Assembly (NCBI GenBank): GCA_023269235.1
Contig: JAHFTW010000009.1
Location: 11,872 to 75,871 of the forward strand
Reading direction: 5' to 3'
Length of the DNA: 64,000 nucleotides
DNA from: Thermoplasmata archaeon
GTDB taxonomy: Archaea > Thermoplasmatota > E2 > JACPAO01 > JAHFTW01
Shown here: positions 46,921 to 54,779 of the stretch, piece after piece
Layout: each line of letters starts with the position of its first letter
Position numbering within the stretch: the stretch's first letter is position 1
Notes under the pieces: model-generated
The model's input: only the letters and a program-made list of their open reading frames with translations
The model's database searches: none
Told to the model about the DNA's origin: nothing
Program-made: the position numbers and the translations under genes

Positions 46921-47283
46921 CTAGTGCGCCGCGGTCGGGCGGACGACGACCTGGTGGACGACGCCGCGCAGGGCCAGAACGCTCATCGTGAGGTGCTCGG
47001 GCGCCTTGCCGAAGCGGCCCGAGACGCTGATCTGCAGGTGCGTCACCGCTCCGTCGCCGGAGAGGTCGCGGATGGTGAATGACGGGCGCTTCACGGGGTC
47101 GTTGAGCCACCCCTTCAGGAACGCCTCGATGGCGGGCTTGCCAAGCAGCTTGCCGGACCACGGCGTGTCCCACGCGGCGTCCTCGGCGAGCGGCTTCACC
47201 GCGCGGGCGACGTCGTAACTGCGCACGGCATCGAAGAACTCCTGCACGGTCGTGGTGAGGATGCTGCGCCCGGCGGTTGCCAT
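46921..47283 (-). CDS. SnoaL/NTF2-like fold protein (120 aa)
   Basis: VQEFFDAVRSYDVARAVKPLAEDAAWDTPW ... FLKGWL... matches the size and pattern of NTF2-like proteins. Only the last 120 codons of the ORF are called. Confidence 0.55.
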   Translation of the reverse strand: MATAGRSILTTTVQEFFDAVRSYDVARAVKPLAEDAAWDTPWSGKLLGKPAIEAFLKGWLNDPVKRPSFTIRDLSGDGAVTHLQISVSGRFGKAPEHLTMSVLALRGVVHQVVVRPTAAH

Positions 47284-47308
47284 CACGACGGCCACCCCAA
47301 AGGGGAGC

Positions 47309-48436
47309 TTAAGCGCGGCGGCGGCGCACCAGGGCGACTGCGCCCAGCCCGGCCGCCACCAGGAAGGGCAGGCCAAGGGCCGGGGTCCCTTGGCTGGTGC
47401 TGCTGGTTCCGCTGCCCGTCGCCAACGAGGCCGCCATATCGCCGCCCTCCATCGCAGTGGAGGTGGCGGAGGGGGGACCCGGCGTGGAAGCCGAGTTTGA
47501 CCCCGACGAGGCCTTGCTGTCCGGGGCGCGCACCTGCAAATGCACGGACCCGGCGAACCCCGTCGCGTTGAGCAAGATGCGCCACGGGCCGGCTTTGCCA
47601 TGGACAGGGAGGTCGGCGGTGCCGTTGGCAAGGACGCGGGAGACCAGTTTTGCGCCCGCCGCGTCAAACATCGTGAGCGCGGTGCTGCCCTTCGACACCG
47701 TGGCGGCGAGGGAGACCGTCGCGTTGGCGATGGGCGAGGTCCAGTTGAGCTGCAGGTTCTTGGTGCCGTTCAGGGACGGCCTCACGTCGACGAAGGAGCC
47801 GGTGAGCGCCTGGTATGTGGTGGCCGTCTTGGTGGCGGACGCAGCTGTGGAGAGGACGGGGAGGATGATTCGCGTCCAGCCCGGATCCGCGGCGAGGTTG
47901 ATGCGGATGCCGAAGCCGCTGCCGGAGACCGTGACCGTGAACACCAGGTCGCCATCGGCGGGCTTGAAGGAGGTGACGACGGGGGCGACGCTCCAGGTGA
48001 GCTCCTTGATTTCCGACGTGTACTGCAGGGCCTGCTTCGCGCCCGTGGCGAGGACTGTGGAGCCCGCGGCGAGCTTCCAGGAGACATCGAACTGGCCGAA
48101 CTCGCCCGTGTCGCCTCCAATCCAGACGTGGGCCTCGACCTTGCCGACGGGGTCCAGCTGTAGGGTGGTGGCATAATCGGGGATGAGCGTGAACGCCCAG
48201 TCACGGCCGGACATTGCGTACGGCGCGCCTCCCACGCCGGCTGGGTTGCTCGCGCCCCAGGCCCCCGCCTGGTGGCCGGCCTCGTCGCTGTTGGGGCCCA
48301 TCACGTAGCTGGTGCCGACGCGCAGGCCGTACAGCGTGTTGTTGGCGGCAGAAATTGGCGCTCCCGCCTGGACGGGCAAGGAACCGGCGAGCAGCCCCGC
48401 GAGAACGATGAACACCGCGATGACGCGACGAGCCAT
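47309..48436 (-). CDS. secreted surface (S-layer-like) glycoprotein candidate with a Ser/Thr-rich linker and a PGF-CTERM-like anchor
   Basis: Signal peptide. Several N-x-S/T sequons (NGT, NWT, NAT). Linker SSGSNSASTPGPPSATST. C-terminus GLPFLVAAGLGAVALVRRRRA. Confidence 0.6.
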   Translation of the reverse strand: MARRVIAVFIVLAGLLAGSLPVQAGAPISAANNTLYGLRVGTSYVMGPNSDEAGHQAGAWGASNPAGVGGAPYAMSGRDWAFTLIPDYATTLQLDPVGKVEAHVWIGGDTGEFGQFDVSWKLAAGSTVLATGAKQALQYTSEIKELTWSVAPVVTSFKPADGDLVFTVTVSGSGFGIRINLAADPGWTRIILPVLSTAASATKTATTYQALTGSFVDVRPSLNGTKNLQLNWTSPIANATVSLAATVSKGSTALTMFDAAGAKLVSRVLANGTADLPVHGKAGPWRILLNATGFAGSVHLQVRAPDSKASSGSNSASTPGPPSATSTAMEGGDMAASLATGSGTSSTSQGTPALGLPFLVAAGLGAVALVRRRRA

Positions 48437-48854
48437 GCCATGACCACGCGGGCACGGCCAGAAAAACTCTACCGTGGAATCGCTCAAACGTGGAGGGGCC
48501 CCGTGCGGTCGGGGGCCGAACTCCACGGCTTCACACGGTTGCGCCCCGGCCGCTCGGGTCGGGCATCCAGGTTTTTCCCCATACCAGGCCGAGCGGGCCT
48601 GGCCTTCGGTTCACTTGCCCCGGGCCTGCATCCCTGCAGTCGGGGTGGGACGGAGTAGACCGCCGTCCTCTCCTGGGTGGTGAAGGGCCAGCAGGTAGTT
48701 GCCTGCTGTCCTATCCCTGTCGCTTGCGCGGCACGGCAACCGCAGTATTGGGCGCTTCTCCTGAAGAGGGTTGGGTTGCGGGAAGGCGAAAATCTTCGGG
48801 GTTTGAATAGCGGAAGGGAGGTTGCCCGTTGCCCTCCTTTGGGCAGTGATTACC

Positions 48855-49337
48855 ATGGACCCCAATGCAATGGACTTCAGCGGCATCAACTGGCTCGGCC
48901 TCGGCCTCGCCGTTCTCTTCAACATGATTCTTGGCTTCGTCTGGTACGCCAAGTTCACCCCGACGGGGCGCATCTGGATGCGCGAGATGAAAATCGCGAC
49001 CGATGCCAAGCCGACGAGTGCGCAGATGGCGCAAGGCATGATCCTCATGCTCGTGGGCGCGTTCCTCACCATGTTCGTCCTGGCGCACAATTTCTGGGTG
49101 TACCAGGACGCGGGCCGCAACGTCGTCACCAACGGCGTGGCCGGGTACAAGCTGACCCTCATGGACGGCATGACAGGCGGCTTCTTTGTCTGGCTCGGGT
49201 TCTTCGTCCCGCAGCACTGGAGCGGCGTCGCGTGGGAAGGCAAGAGCTGGACCCTGTTCTTCGTGCAGGCCGGCTACTCGCTCGTCACCATGGTCGTCGC
49301 GGGCATCTTGCTCGTCACCGTCGGCCACTCCGGCTAA
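48855..49337 (+). CDS. DUF1761-family membrane protein
   Basis: INWLGLGLAVLFNMILGFVWY ... four TM helices in a DUF1761-like pattern. The ATG at 48855 is preferred over the TTG at 48822, because the TATA-like GGTTTGAATAGCGG at ~48800 is too close to 48822. Confidence 0.6.
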   Translation: MDPNAMDFSGINWLGLGLAVLFNMILGFVWYAKFTPTGRIWMREMKIATDAKPTSAQMAQGMILMLVGAFLTMFVLAHNFWVYQDAGRNVVTNGVAGYKLTLMDGMTGGFFVWLGFFVPQHWSGVAWEGKSWTLFFVQAGYSLVTMVVAGILLVTVGHSG

Positions 49338-49342
49338 TCGCG

Positions 49343-49408
49343 CTTCCCGTTTCTCTTTCCCCTCCTCCATCTCCCTTCTAACCTTCTTCCTTCTAACCTC
49401 CGCTTCCG
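49343..49408 (+). terminator. long polypyrimidine tract after the DUF1761 gene
   Basis: CTTCCCGTTTCTCTTTCCCCTCCTCCATCTCCCTTCTAACCTTCTTCCTTCTAACCTCC. Confidence 0.4.
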
Positions 49409-49456
49409 GCCCACCGTCCCCCGCGCCGCGGCGAGCCTGGACGCTGGTTTTGGCGC

Positions 49457-49951
49457 CTACTTCGGCTGCGTCGTCACCTTGGCGTAGCGCAGGACGCGAC
49501 TCCCCAGCAGGTAGCCCGGAAGGACGACGCGGCTGACGGCCCCGGGCGTGACCCCGTCTGCGGCCTCCTCGCCGACCACCTCGTGGCGGCTCGCGTCGAA
49601 CGGCTCCCCGACCGCGCCGGTGGCGACGAGGCCTTCGCGCTCGAGCAGGCGGCGGAACTCGCGCGCCATGAGGACGACGCCCTCGGAGACGGGGCTGGGG
49701 TGAAGCTCCGCCTGGTGCGCCGCCATCTGGGCCAGCTCGAAGACGGGCAGGAACCCCTCGAGGACGCGGGCCTGGGAGCGCTCGCGCTCGGCGGCGGCGT
49801 CGCGGGTGACGCGCTTCTGGAGGTTGTCGTAGTCGGCCCGGGCGCGGGCGAGCGCGTCGCGTGCCTGCGTGAGCGGCGCCTCGAGGGGGTTGGGCCCCGC
49901 GGTGGGCTGGGGTGGGGACGGCACGGCGTCGGGGGCGGTCGGGTCGGGCAT
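49457..49951 (-). CDS. grpE: nucleotide exchange factor GrpE
   Basis: [15 protein letters not shown] ... FDASRHEVV ... [18 protein letters not shown]. No dnaK or dnaJ is adjacent. Confidence 0.8.
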   Translation of the reverse strand: MPDPTAPDAVPSPPQPTAGPNPLEAPLTQARDALARARADYDNLQKRVTRDAAAERERSQARVLEGFLPVFELAQMAAHQAELHPSPVSEGVVLMAREFRRLLEREGLVATGAVGEPFDASRHEVVGEEAADGVTPGAVSRVVLPGYLLGSRVLRYAKVTTQPK

Positions 49952-50045
49952 GATGAGGCGGCCACAGGGCCCCACTCGTAAAGGTTGGCGACCGGGGACT
50001 TTCCACGGGGGTGGAGGTTTTCAAGGCCAGGCCGGATGGGAGGGC

Positions 50046-50498
50046 GTGAAAATCGTCGCCGAGTTCCGCGAATTCGCGCTCAAAGGCAACGTCATGGACC
50101 TCGCGGTCGGCGTCATCATCGGCGCCGCCTTCGGCGCCATCGTTAAGTCGCTCGTGGACGACCTCATCATGCCGCTCGTCGGCCTCCTGCTCGGCGGAGT
50201 GGACTTCTCCGACCGGTACTACGTCCTGAAAGGCTCCGTGCCCAGCGGAACGAGCCTGGAGGAGGCCCGCAAGGTGGCCGGTGCCTCCCTGCTCGCCTAC
50301 GGCCATTTCCTGAACAACGTGCTGACCTTCCTCATCGTCGCGGTCGCGGTCTTCCTCATCGTGAAGGCGATGAACCGCTTGCGCCGCAAGGGCCCCGCCC
50401 CATCGCCAACGACCCGCGCCTGCCCGGAGTGCACCTCCCCGATCCCACTTGCGGCACGGCGCTGCCCCCAGTGCACGGCGGCCGTCGCAAGGCCCTGA
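50046..50498 (+). CDS. mscL: large-conductance mechanosensitive channel MscL with a C-terminal CxxC...CxxC tail (GTG start)
   Basis: [41 protein letters not shown], with the tail [18 protein letters not shown]. Confidence 0.85.
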   Translation: MKIVAEFREFALKGNVMDLAVGVIIGAAFGAIVKSLVDDLIMPLVGLLLGGVDFSDRYYVLKGSVPSGTSLEEARKVAGASLLAYGHFLNNVLTFLIVAVAVFLIVKAMNRLRRKGPAPSPTTRACPECTSPIPLAARRCPQCTAAVARP

Positions 50499-50504
50499 GA
50501 GAAA

Positions 50505-50515
50505 CCCTTATGGGG
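50505..50515 (+). promoter_or_regulatory. TATA-like promoter element (CCCTTATGGGG)
   Basis: ~28 nt upstream of the ATG at 50536. Confidence 0.45.
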
Positions 50516-50535
50516 CGCGAACCGAACGCGCCCCC

Positions 50536-51483
50536 ATGCAGAAGTCTTGGGCCGTGGTCGTCCTCCTCCTCGCCACCGTGCTGGCCGGCTGCGCCGCGAG
50601 CACCGACACGGAGACCAACGCGCCGAAGCTCCAGGTCACGAGCGACACAGGCGGCATCCGCGGCGTCGTCCTCGACGAGCGCATCGTCCCGGTCGTCGGC
50701 GCCCTGGTGAGCCTCACGAAGGAGAAGACCGCCAAAACCGACGCGCAGGGCCTGTTCAACTTCACCGGCCTGAAGGAAGGCGACTACCTTCTCAAGGTCA
50801 CGAAGCTGGGCTACGAGTCGAGCCAGACCACGGCGCACGTGACGGCCGGCGTCGCCGACCCCGCCGTCGTGAAGATCCAGATTCCGCTCATCCCCGGCTT
50901 CAAGGCGTCGCGCGACATCTTCAAGCTCGACGGGTTCTACGAGTGCGGCTTCGCCATCGGCCAAGCGGGCCGGCCTTTCATCACCGACCAGTGCGACATG
51001 GCCGTGCGGACCTTGTACGACGGCTTCAACGGCACCATCCCGGGCTACCCGTTGCCCCGCAACGTCGAGCAGGGCACGAACACGCAGTTCATCCAGGTCG
51101 CCGCCGACGTGCAGAGCATCGTCCAGCAGACCTACTGGGAGGACGCCGCGGTCGGCAACATGATGACGACGCTCTCCTCGACGCCCATCTCCAACGACTG
51201 CGACTGCAGCAAGACCGACTACATGTTCAACTTCGTCAAGCCCGGCGAGGTCATGCGCTCCGACTTGAGCGCTGGTGGCGCCACCACCTACCAGGATGGC
51301 TACGACAACCCGCACATTTTCCCCGCGGGCCTTGAGGTGGCCTCGCGCAGCTTCCTCAACTGGGAGAGCATCTCCACGGCGCAGAACCTGAAGTTCCAGG
51401 TCATCACCGTGCTCTTCCACAACTACGAGGCCCAGGCGGGCTTCGACTTCGCGAAGATCAAGGAGTACCCAGTCCCGACCTAG
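50536..51483 (+). CDS. lipoprotein, paralog 1 of 4: carboxypeptidase-regulatory-like (Ig-like) N-domain plus an uncharacterised Cys-containing C-domain
   Basis: Lipobox LAGC. GGIRGVVLDERIVPVVGALVSL...TDAQGLFNFTGLKEGDYLLKVTKLGYES matches CarboxypepD_reg. Collinear with paralogs 2-4 but lacks the KGDKxPF end. Confidence 0.7.
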   Translation: MQKSWAVVVLLLATVLAGCAASTDTETNAPKLQVTSDTGGIRGVVLDERIVPVVGALVSLTKEKTAKTDAQGLFNFTGLKEGDYLLKVTKLGYESSQTTAHVTAGVADPAVVKIQIPLIPGFKASRDIFKLDGFYECGFAIGQAGRPFITDQCDMAVRTLYDGFNGTIPGYPLPRNVEQGTNTQFIQVAADVQSIVQQTYWEDAAVGNMMTTLSSTPISNDCDCSKTDYMFNFVKPGEVMRSDLSAGGATTYQDGYDNPHIFPAGLEVASRSFLNWESISTAQNLKFQVITVLFHNYEAQAGFDFAKIKEYPVPT

Positions 51484-51504
51484 ACGCTTCGTCGTCCCCG
51501 CCGC

Positions 51505-51517
51505 AATGGTTATGCGG
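51505..51517 (+). promoter_or_regulatory. TATA-like promoter element (AATGGTTATGCGG)
   Basis: ~29 nt upstream of the ATG at 51539. It overlaps the alternative ATG at 51506, which argues against that start. Confidence 0.45.
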
Positions 51518-51538
51518 CCGCCAGGTGGTCGCTCGACC

Positions 51539-52507
51539 ATGGTTCGCTTGCTGGTGGCTGGACTCATTCTAGGCGCTCTCCTCGCCGGGTGCGCGGGAAC
51601 GCCAGGCCCGACATCCTCCTCGGACGCCGCGCGATTCGACGACCTGCAGGGCCAAGCGACGGAGACGACGGGGATCATCCGCGGCGTCGTCGTGGACACG
51701 GCCGTGACCCCCATCGCCAAGGCGACGGTCCTCGTGAGCGGCCCCGTCAAGCAGAACCTCACCACGGACGCGCAGGGTCGCTTCCTCGCCCAAGGCCTCC
51801 CGGCGGGCACCTACCTCGTCAAGGCGAAGGCGCCGCTCTATGTGGAGGCGCAGACGACGGCGGAAGTGGTCGCCGGCGTGAGCGACCCGGCTGTGACGAA
51901 GGTGCAACTGCAGCGCCTCTTCAGCCAGAAGCCGTTCGTCCAGGCCGACCACAAGCGCGGCTACTTCGACTGCTCGCAAAACGGGGCGGGCATCTACTCC
52001 TCCAGCAACTGCGTCACCGACCAATGCCCGCTCGTGCTCGACCCGGCCACGTGCAACAGCTTGCCGACCCGCATGATGGACAACATCACGACGCAAAGCC
52101 GCGAGTGGCACATGGACGTCGGCCCCGGATGGCAGAACATCGTCTTGGAGATGCAGTGGACGCAGGCCACCGCAGGCACCGGCTCGACCCTCGGCATGGT
52201 CGTGAGCACCTTCAAGCCGCTGCGCAACCCAGCGCACTCGTTCGCGAATGTCGCGGGCACGAGCCCCTTCCTGCTCCGCCTTGACGTCGGCGTGAAGCAC
52301 CCGACGGCCGCGAGCGTGGAGCCCACCATGATCCCGGCGGAGGGCATGAACCAGGTGAGCTACTTCGTCTCCGCGCGCCGCGACGCCGGCTCGCCGCTGC
52401 CCGGCATCGCGTTCCAGCAGAACTTCGACGTCTACTACCACCAGTTCTACTACGGCCTTGCTCCCACGGACTGGTCCTTCCTGAAGGGCGACAAGGCCCC
52501 CTTCTAG
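51539..52507 (+). CDS. lipoprotein, paralog 2 of 4 (CarboxypepD_reg-like plus unknown C-domain, C-terminus WSFLKGDKAPF)
   Basis: Lipobox LAGC. IIRGVVVDTAVTPIAKATVLV...TDAQGRFLAQGLPAGTYLVKAKAPLY. Confidence 0.7.
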   Translation: MVRLLVAGLILGALLAGCAGTPGPTSSSDAARFDDLQGQATETTGIIRGVVVDTAVTPIAKATVLVSGPVKQNLTTDAQGRFLAQGLPAGTYLVKAKAPLYVEAQTTAEVVAGVSDPAVTKVQLQRLFSQKPFVQADHKRGYFDCSQNGAGIYSSSNCVTDQCPLVLDPATCNSLPTRMMDNITTQSREWHMDVGPGWQNIVLEMQWTQATAGTGSTLGMVVSTFKPLRNPAHSFANVAGTSPFLLRLDVGVKHPTAASVEPTMIPAEGMNQVSYFVSARRDAGSPLPGIAFQQNFDVYYHQFYYGLAPTDWSFLKGDKAPF

Positions 52508-52516
52508 GGCCGCGCA

Positions 52517-52527
52517 AACCTTATCGG
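52517..52527 (+). promoter_or_regulatory. TATA-like promoter element (AACCTTATCGG)
   Basis: ~28 nt upstream of the ATG at 52549. Confidence 0.45.
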
Positions 52528-52548
52528 TCGCGCTACGAATGGGCGCGC

Positions 52549-53478
52549 ATGCGTGTCGGTGTGCTGCTGGTGGCGATGCTCGTCCTCGCGGGCTGCGCCG
52601 GGTCGTCGAGTGGAACCGCAAGCTCGAGCGGAGCCGATTTCTCCGGCTTGGACGGCAAGGCGACGGACACGACCGGCCTTCTGCGCGGCGTCGTCGTCGA
52701 CGTCGCCATCCGGCCCATCGCCGGCGTCGCCATCGCCGCCAAGAGCGGCGCCACGGAGAAGACCACGACCTCGGACGCGCAGGGCCGCTTCCTGCTGAAG
52801 GACCTGCAACCCGGCACGTATCTGGTGAAGGCCACCCACCCTCTCTACCTCGCGGCGCAGACGTCGGTGGACGTGGTGGCCGGTGTGGACGAGCCTCCCA
52901 TCGCGCGCCTCCAGATGGACGCGAAGTTCTCCCAGAAGCCGTTCAGCACCGCGACGAAGTTCGAGGGCTTCGTCGAGTGCGGCTACGAGGCGGTCATCAT
53001 CACGAGCCAGTGCGTCAACGACTACTCCACGCTCGTCATCAACGGCGGCTGCTGCAACCAACTGCGCACCATCCTCGACAACCGCGGCTATGTCGGCGGC
53101 GTGGACCGCGGCTGGCAGACCCTGGTCTTCGAGCTCACCTGGACTCCTTCCGCGCAGGGGACATCGCCCCGCATGGGCATCGTCGTGAGTTACTTCAACC
53201 GCACCGCGAGCGACTGGTTCGCCTCTGTGGACGGCCTCGACCCGGTGCTGGCGCGCCTGGAGACGAACGTCACGCATGAATCGCAGGGGGGCACACCGGA
53301 CAAAATCCGTCCCGAGGGCCAGAACGACCTCTACACGTTTGGCGGCATCCGGGCGGCCGAGGGCCAGTTCATCGGCGCCGGCTTCGAGCAGCGCTTCACC
53401 ATCTACCAGCACAACTTCTACTACGGCTCGCCCCCGGACCCGTGGTCCTTCGTGAAGGGCGACAAGCCTCCATTCTAA
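52549..53478 (+). CDS. lipoprotein, paralog 3 of 4 (C-terminus WSFVKGDKPPF)
   Basis: Lipobox LAGC. LLRGVVVDVAIRPIAGVAIAA...SDAQGRFLLKDLQPGTYLVKATHPLY. Confidence 0.7.
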   Translation: MRVGVLLVAMLVLAGCAGSSSGTASSSGADFSGLDGKATDTTGLLRGVVVDVAIRPIAGVAIAAKSGATEKTTTSDAQGRFLLKDLQPGTYLVKATHPLYLAAQTSVDVVAGVDEPPIARLQMDAKFSQKPFSTATKFEGFVECGYEAVIITSQCVNDYSTLVINGGCCNQLRTILDNRGYVGGVDRGWQTLVFELTWTPSAQGTSPRMGIVVSYFNRTASDWFASVDGLDPVLARLETNVTHESQGGTPDKIRPEGQNDLYTFGGIRAAEGQFIGAGFEQRFTIYQHNFYYGSPPDPWSFVKGDKPPF

Positions 53479-53800
53479 GCCCTTCACGCCGAAGGAATCC
53501 TTCGGCGCCCGCCCGTGCGGGCGACGAAGGTCGTGAAGGGCGACAAGCCCCCATTCTAGGCCCTTCACGCCGAAGGAATCCTTCGGCGCCCGCCCGTGCG
53601 GGCGACGAAGGTCGTGAAGGGCGACAAGCCTCCATTCTAGGCCCTTCACGCCGCAGGAATCCTTCGGCGCCCGCCGCGCGGGCGACGAAGGTCGTGAAGG
53701 GCGACAAGCCTCCATTCTAGGCCCTTCACGCCGCAGGAATCCTTCGGCGCCCGCCGCGCGGGCGACGAAGATCGTGAAGGGCGACAAGCCTCCATTCTGA
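53452..53800 (+). repeat. head-to-tail tandem array of 80-81 nt units (4 full units plus a 27-nt partial), each made of the CDS tail (VKGDKPPF-stop) plus a multi-hairpin block
   Basis: Units start at 53452, 53533, 53614, 53694 and 53774. Unit: GTGAAGGGCGACAAGCCYCCATTCTAR GCCCTTCAC GCCGMAGGAATCCTTCGGC GCCCGCC(CGT/GC)GCGGGC GACGAAGGTC. Confidence 0.9.
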
Positions 53801-53808
53801 GGCCGCAA

Positions 53809-53819
53809 AGGCTTATCGG
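53809..53819 (+). promoter_or_regulatory. TATA-like promoter element (AGGCTTATCGG)
   Basis: ~28 nt upstream of the ATG at 53841 and 9 nt after the repeat array ends. Confidence 0.45.
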
Positions 53820-53840
53820 AGGAACGTCCGCTGCCGACGC

Positions 53841-54779
53841 ATGCGTGGCGTGCTTGTGGTGGCCGTGCTGGTGCTGGCCGGGTGCTCCTCGGCTCCAGTC
53901 GAGCCGACCGGTTCCTCCTCGGGGGCCGACTTCTCGGGACTGGACAATGGCGTGAGCGAGACGACGGGCGCCATCCACGGCGTCGTCGTGGACCCAGCCA
54001 TCGTGCCCGTCGCGGGCGTCACCGTCCTGGCCCATGGCGCGTCGTTCAACCGGAGCCTGCAGAGCGACGCCCTTGGCCGCTTCGTCTTCACCGGGCTGAC
54101 TCCAGGCACCTACTTCCTGGTCCTCACCCATTTGCTATACCACAAGGCACAGACAAGCGTCGAGGTGAAGGCCGGCGTCGAGCCGCAAGTGACCCGGATC
54201 GCCCTCGACCCAGTGTTCACACAGAAGCCGTTCCATGACCAGCACAAGTTCACTGGATACCTCTTCTGCGGCTACTCTGCCGGCCTCACCTCTCCCTGCG
54301 TCTTCGACTACACCCAGCTTGCGTGCGGCGGCGGCTGCGACCCGACCCTGCACGACATCCTCATCCACGCGCAGGGCGACACGCGCTACTTCATCACGGC
54401 CGTCGGCCCGAACTGGCAGACCGAGATCACGGAGCTGAGCTTCGACCCGCCGCAGGCCGGGATCTCGAAGTCCATGACGATGAGCTACAGTTACTTCAAG
54501 CGCACCTCCACCGAATACATGGGCTCGGTGAACGGAGCGAGCCCGCTCCTGCTCCGCCTCGAGCTGGGCGTGGACGGCCCCGGCGCCGCGGGCCCGCGCC
54601 ACCAGATCAACGCCTCGGGCAACGACGACCTGTACATCTTCCTCAACGTTCACGCCGACTCCGGCGGCTTCGTCGGCCTCGCCGTCCAGCAGAAGTTCGA
54701 GGTCGTCGAGACCACGTTCTACAACGCGAAGCCGCCAGCGGACTGGTCGTTCGTGAAGGGCGACAAGTTCCCGTTCTAG
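53841..54779 (+). CDS. lipoprotein, paralog 4 of 4 (C-terminus WSFVKGDKFPF)
   Basis: Lipobox LAGC. AIHGVVVDPAIVPVAGVTVLA...SDALGRFVFTGLTPGTYFLVLTHLLY. Confidence 0.7.
   Translation: MRGVLVVAVLVLAGCSSAPVEPTGSSSGADFSGLDNGVSETTGAIHGVVVDPAIVPVAGVTVLAHGASFNRSLQSDALGRFVFTGLTPGTYFLVLTHLLYHKAQTSVEVKAGVEPQVTRIALDPVFTQKPFHDQHKFTGYLFCGYSAGLTSPCVFDYTQLACGGGCDPTLHDILIHAQGDTRYFITAVGPNWQTEITELSFDPPQAGISKSMTMSYSYFKRTSTEYMGSVNGASPLLLRLELGVDGPGAAGPRHQINASGNDDLYIFLNVHADSGGFVGLAVQQKFEVVETTFYNAKPPADWSFVKGDKFPF

Noticed and set aside
49457-49951. Orphan grpE as a sign of a horizontally acquired or novel chaperone system
   Set aside because: grpE is intact and ordinary. The absence of dnaK and dnaJ nearby only shows that the operon is split, and that cannot be evaluated from one window.
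53396-53720. ORFs 53442-53720 (+, 92 aa) and 53396-53707 (-, 103 aa) with internally repeated peptides
   Set aside because: Their periodic sequence is simply the translation of the tandem DNA repeat in other frames. They have no promoter-like element and no independent coding signal. The short GTG mini-ORFs (MRATKVVKGDKPPF) inside the units are likewise unsupported.
53452-53800. CRISPR array
   Set aside because: The units are contiguous with no unique spacers. The period of 80-81 nt comes from one repeated unit that includes a coding tail. No cas genes or leader are present.
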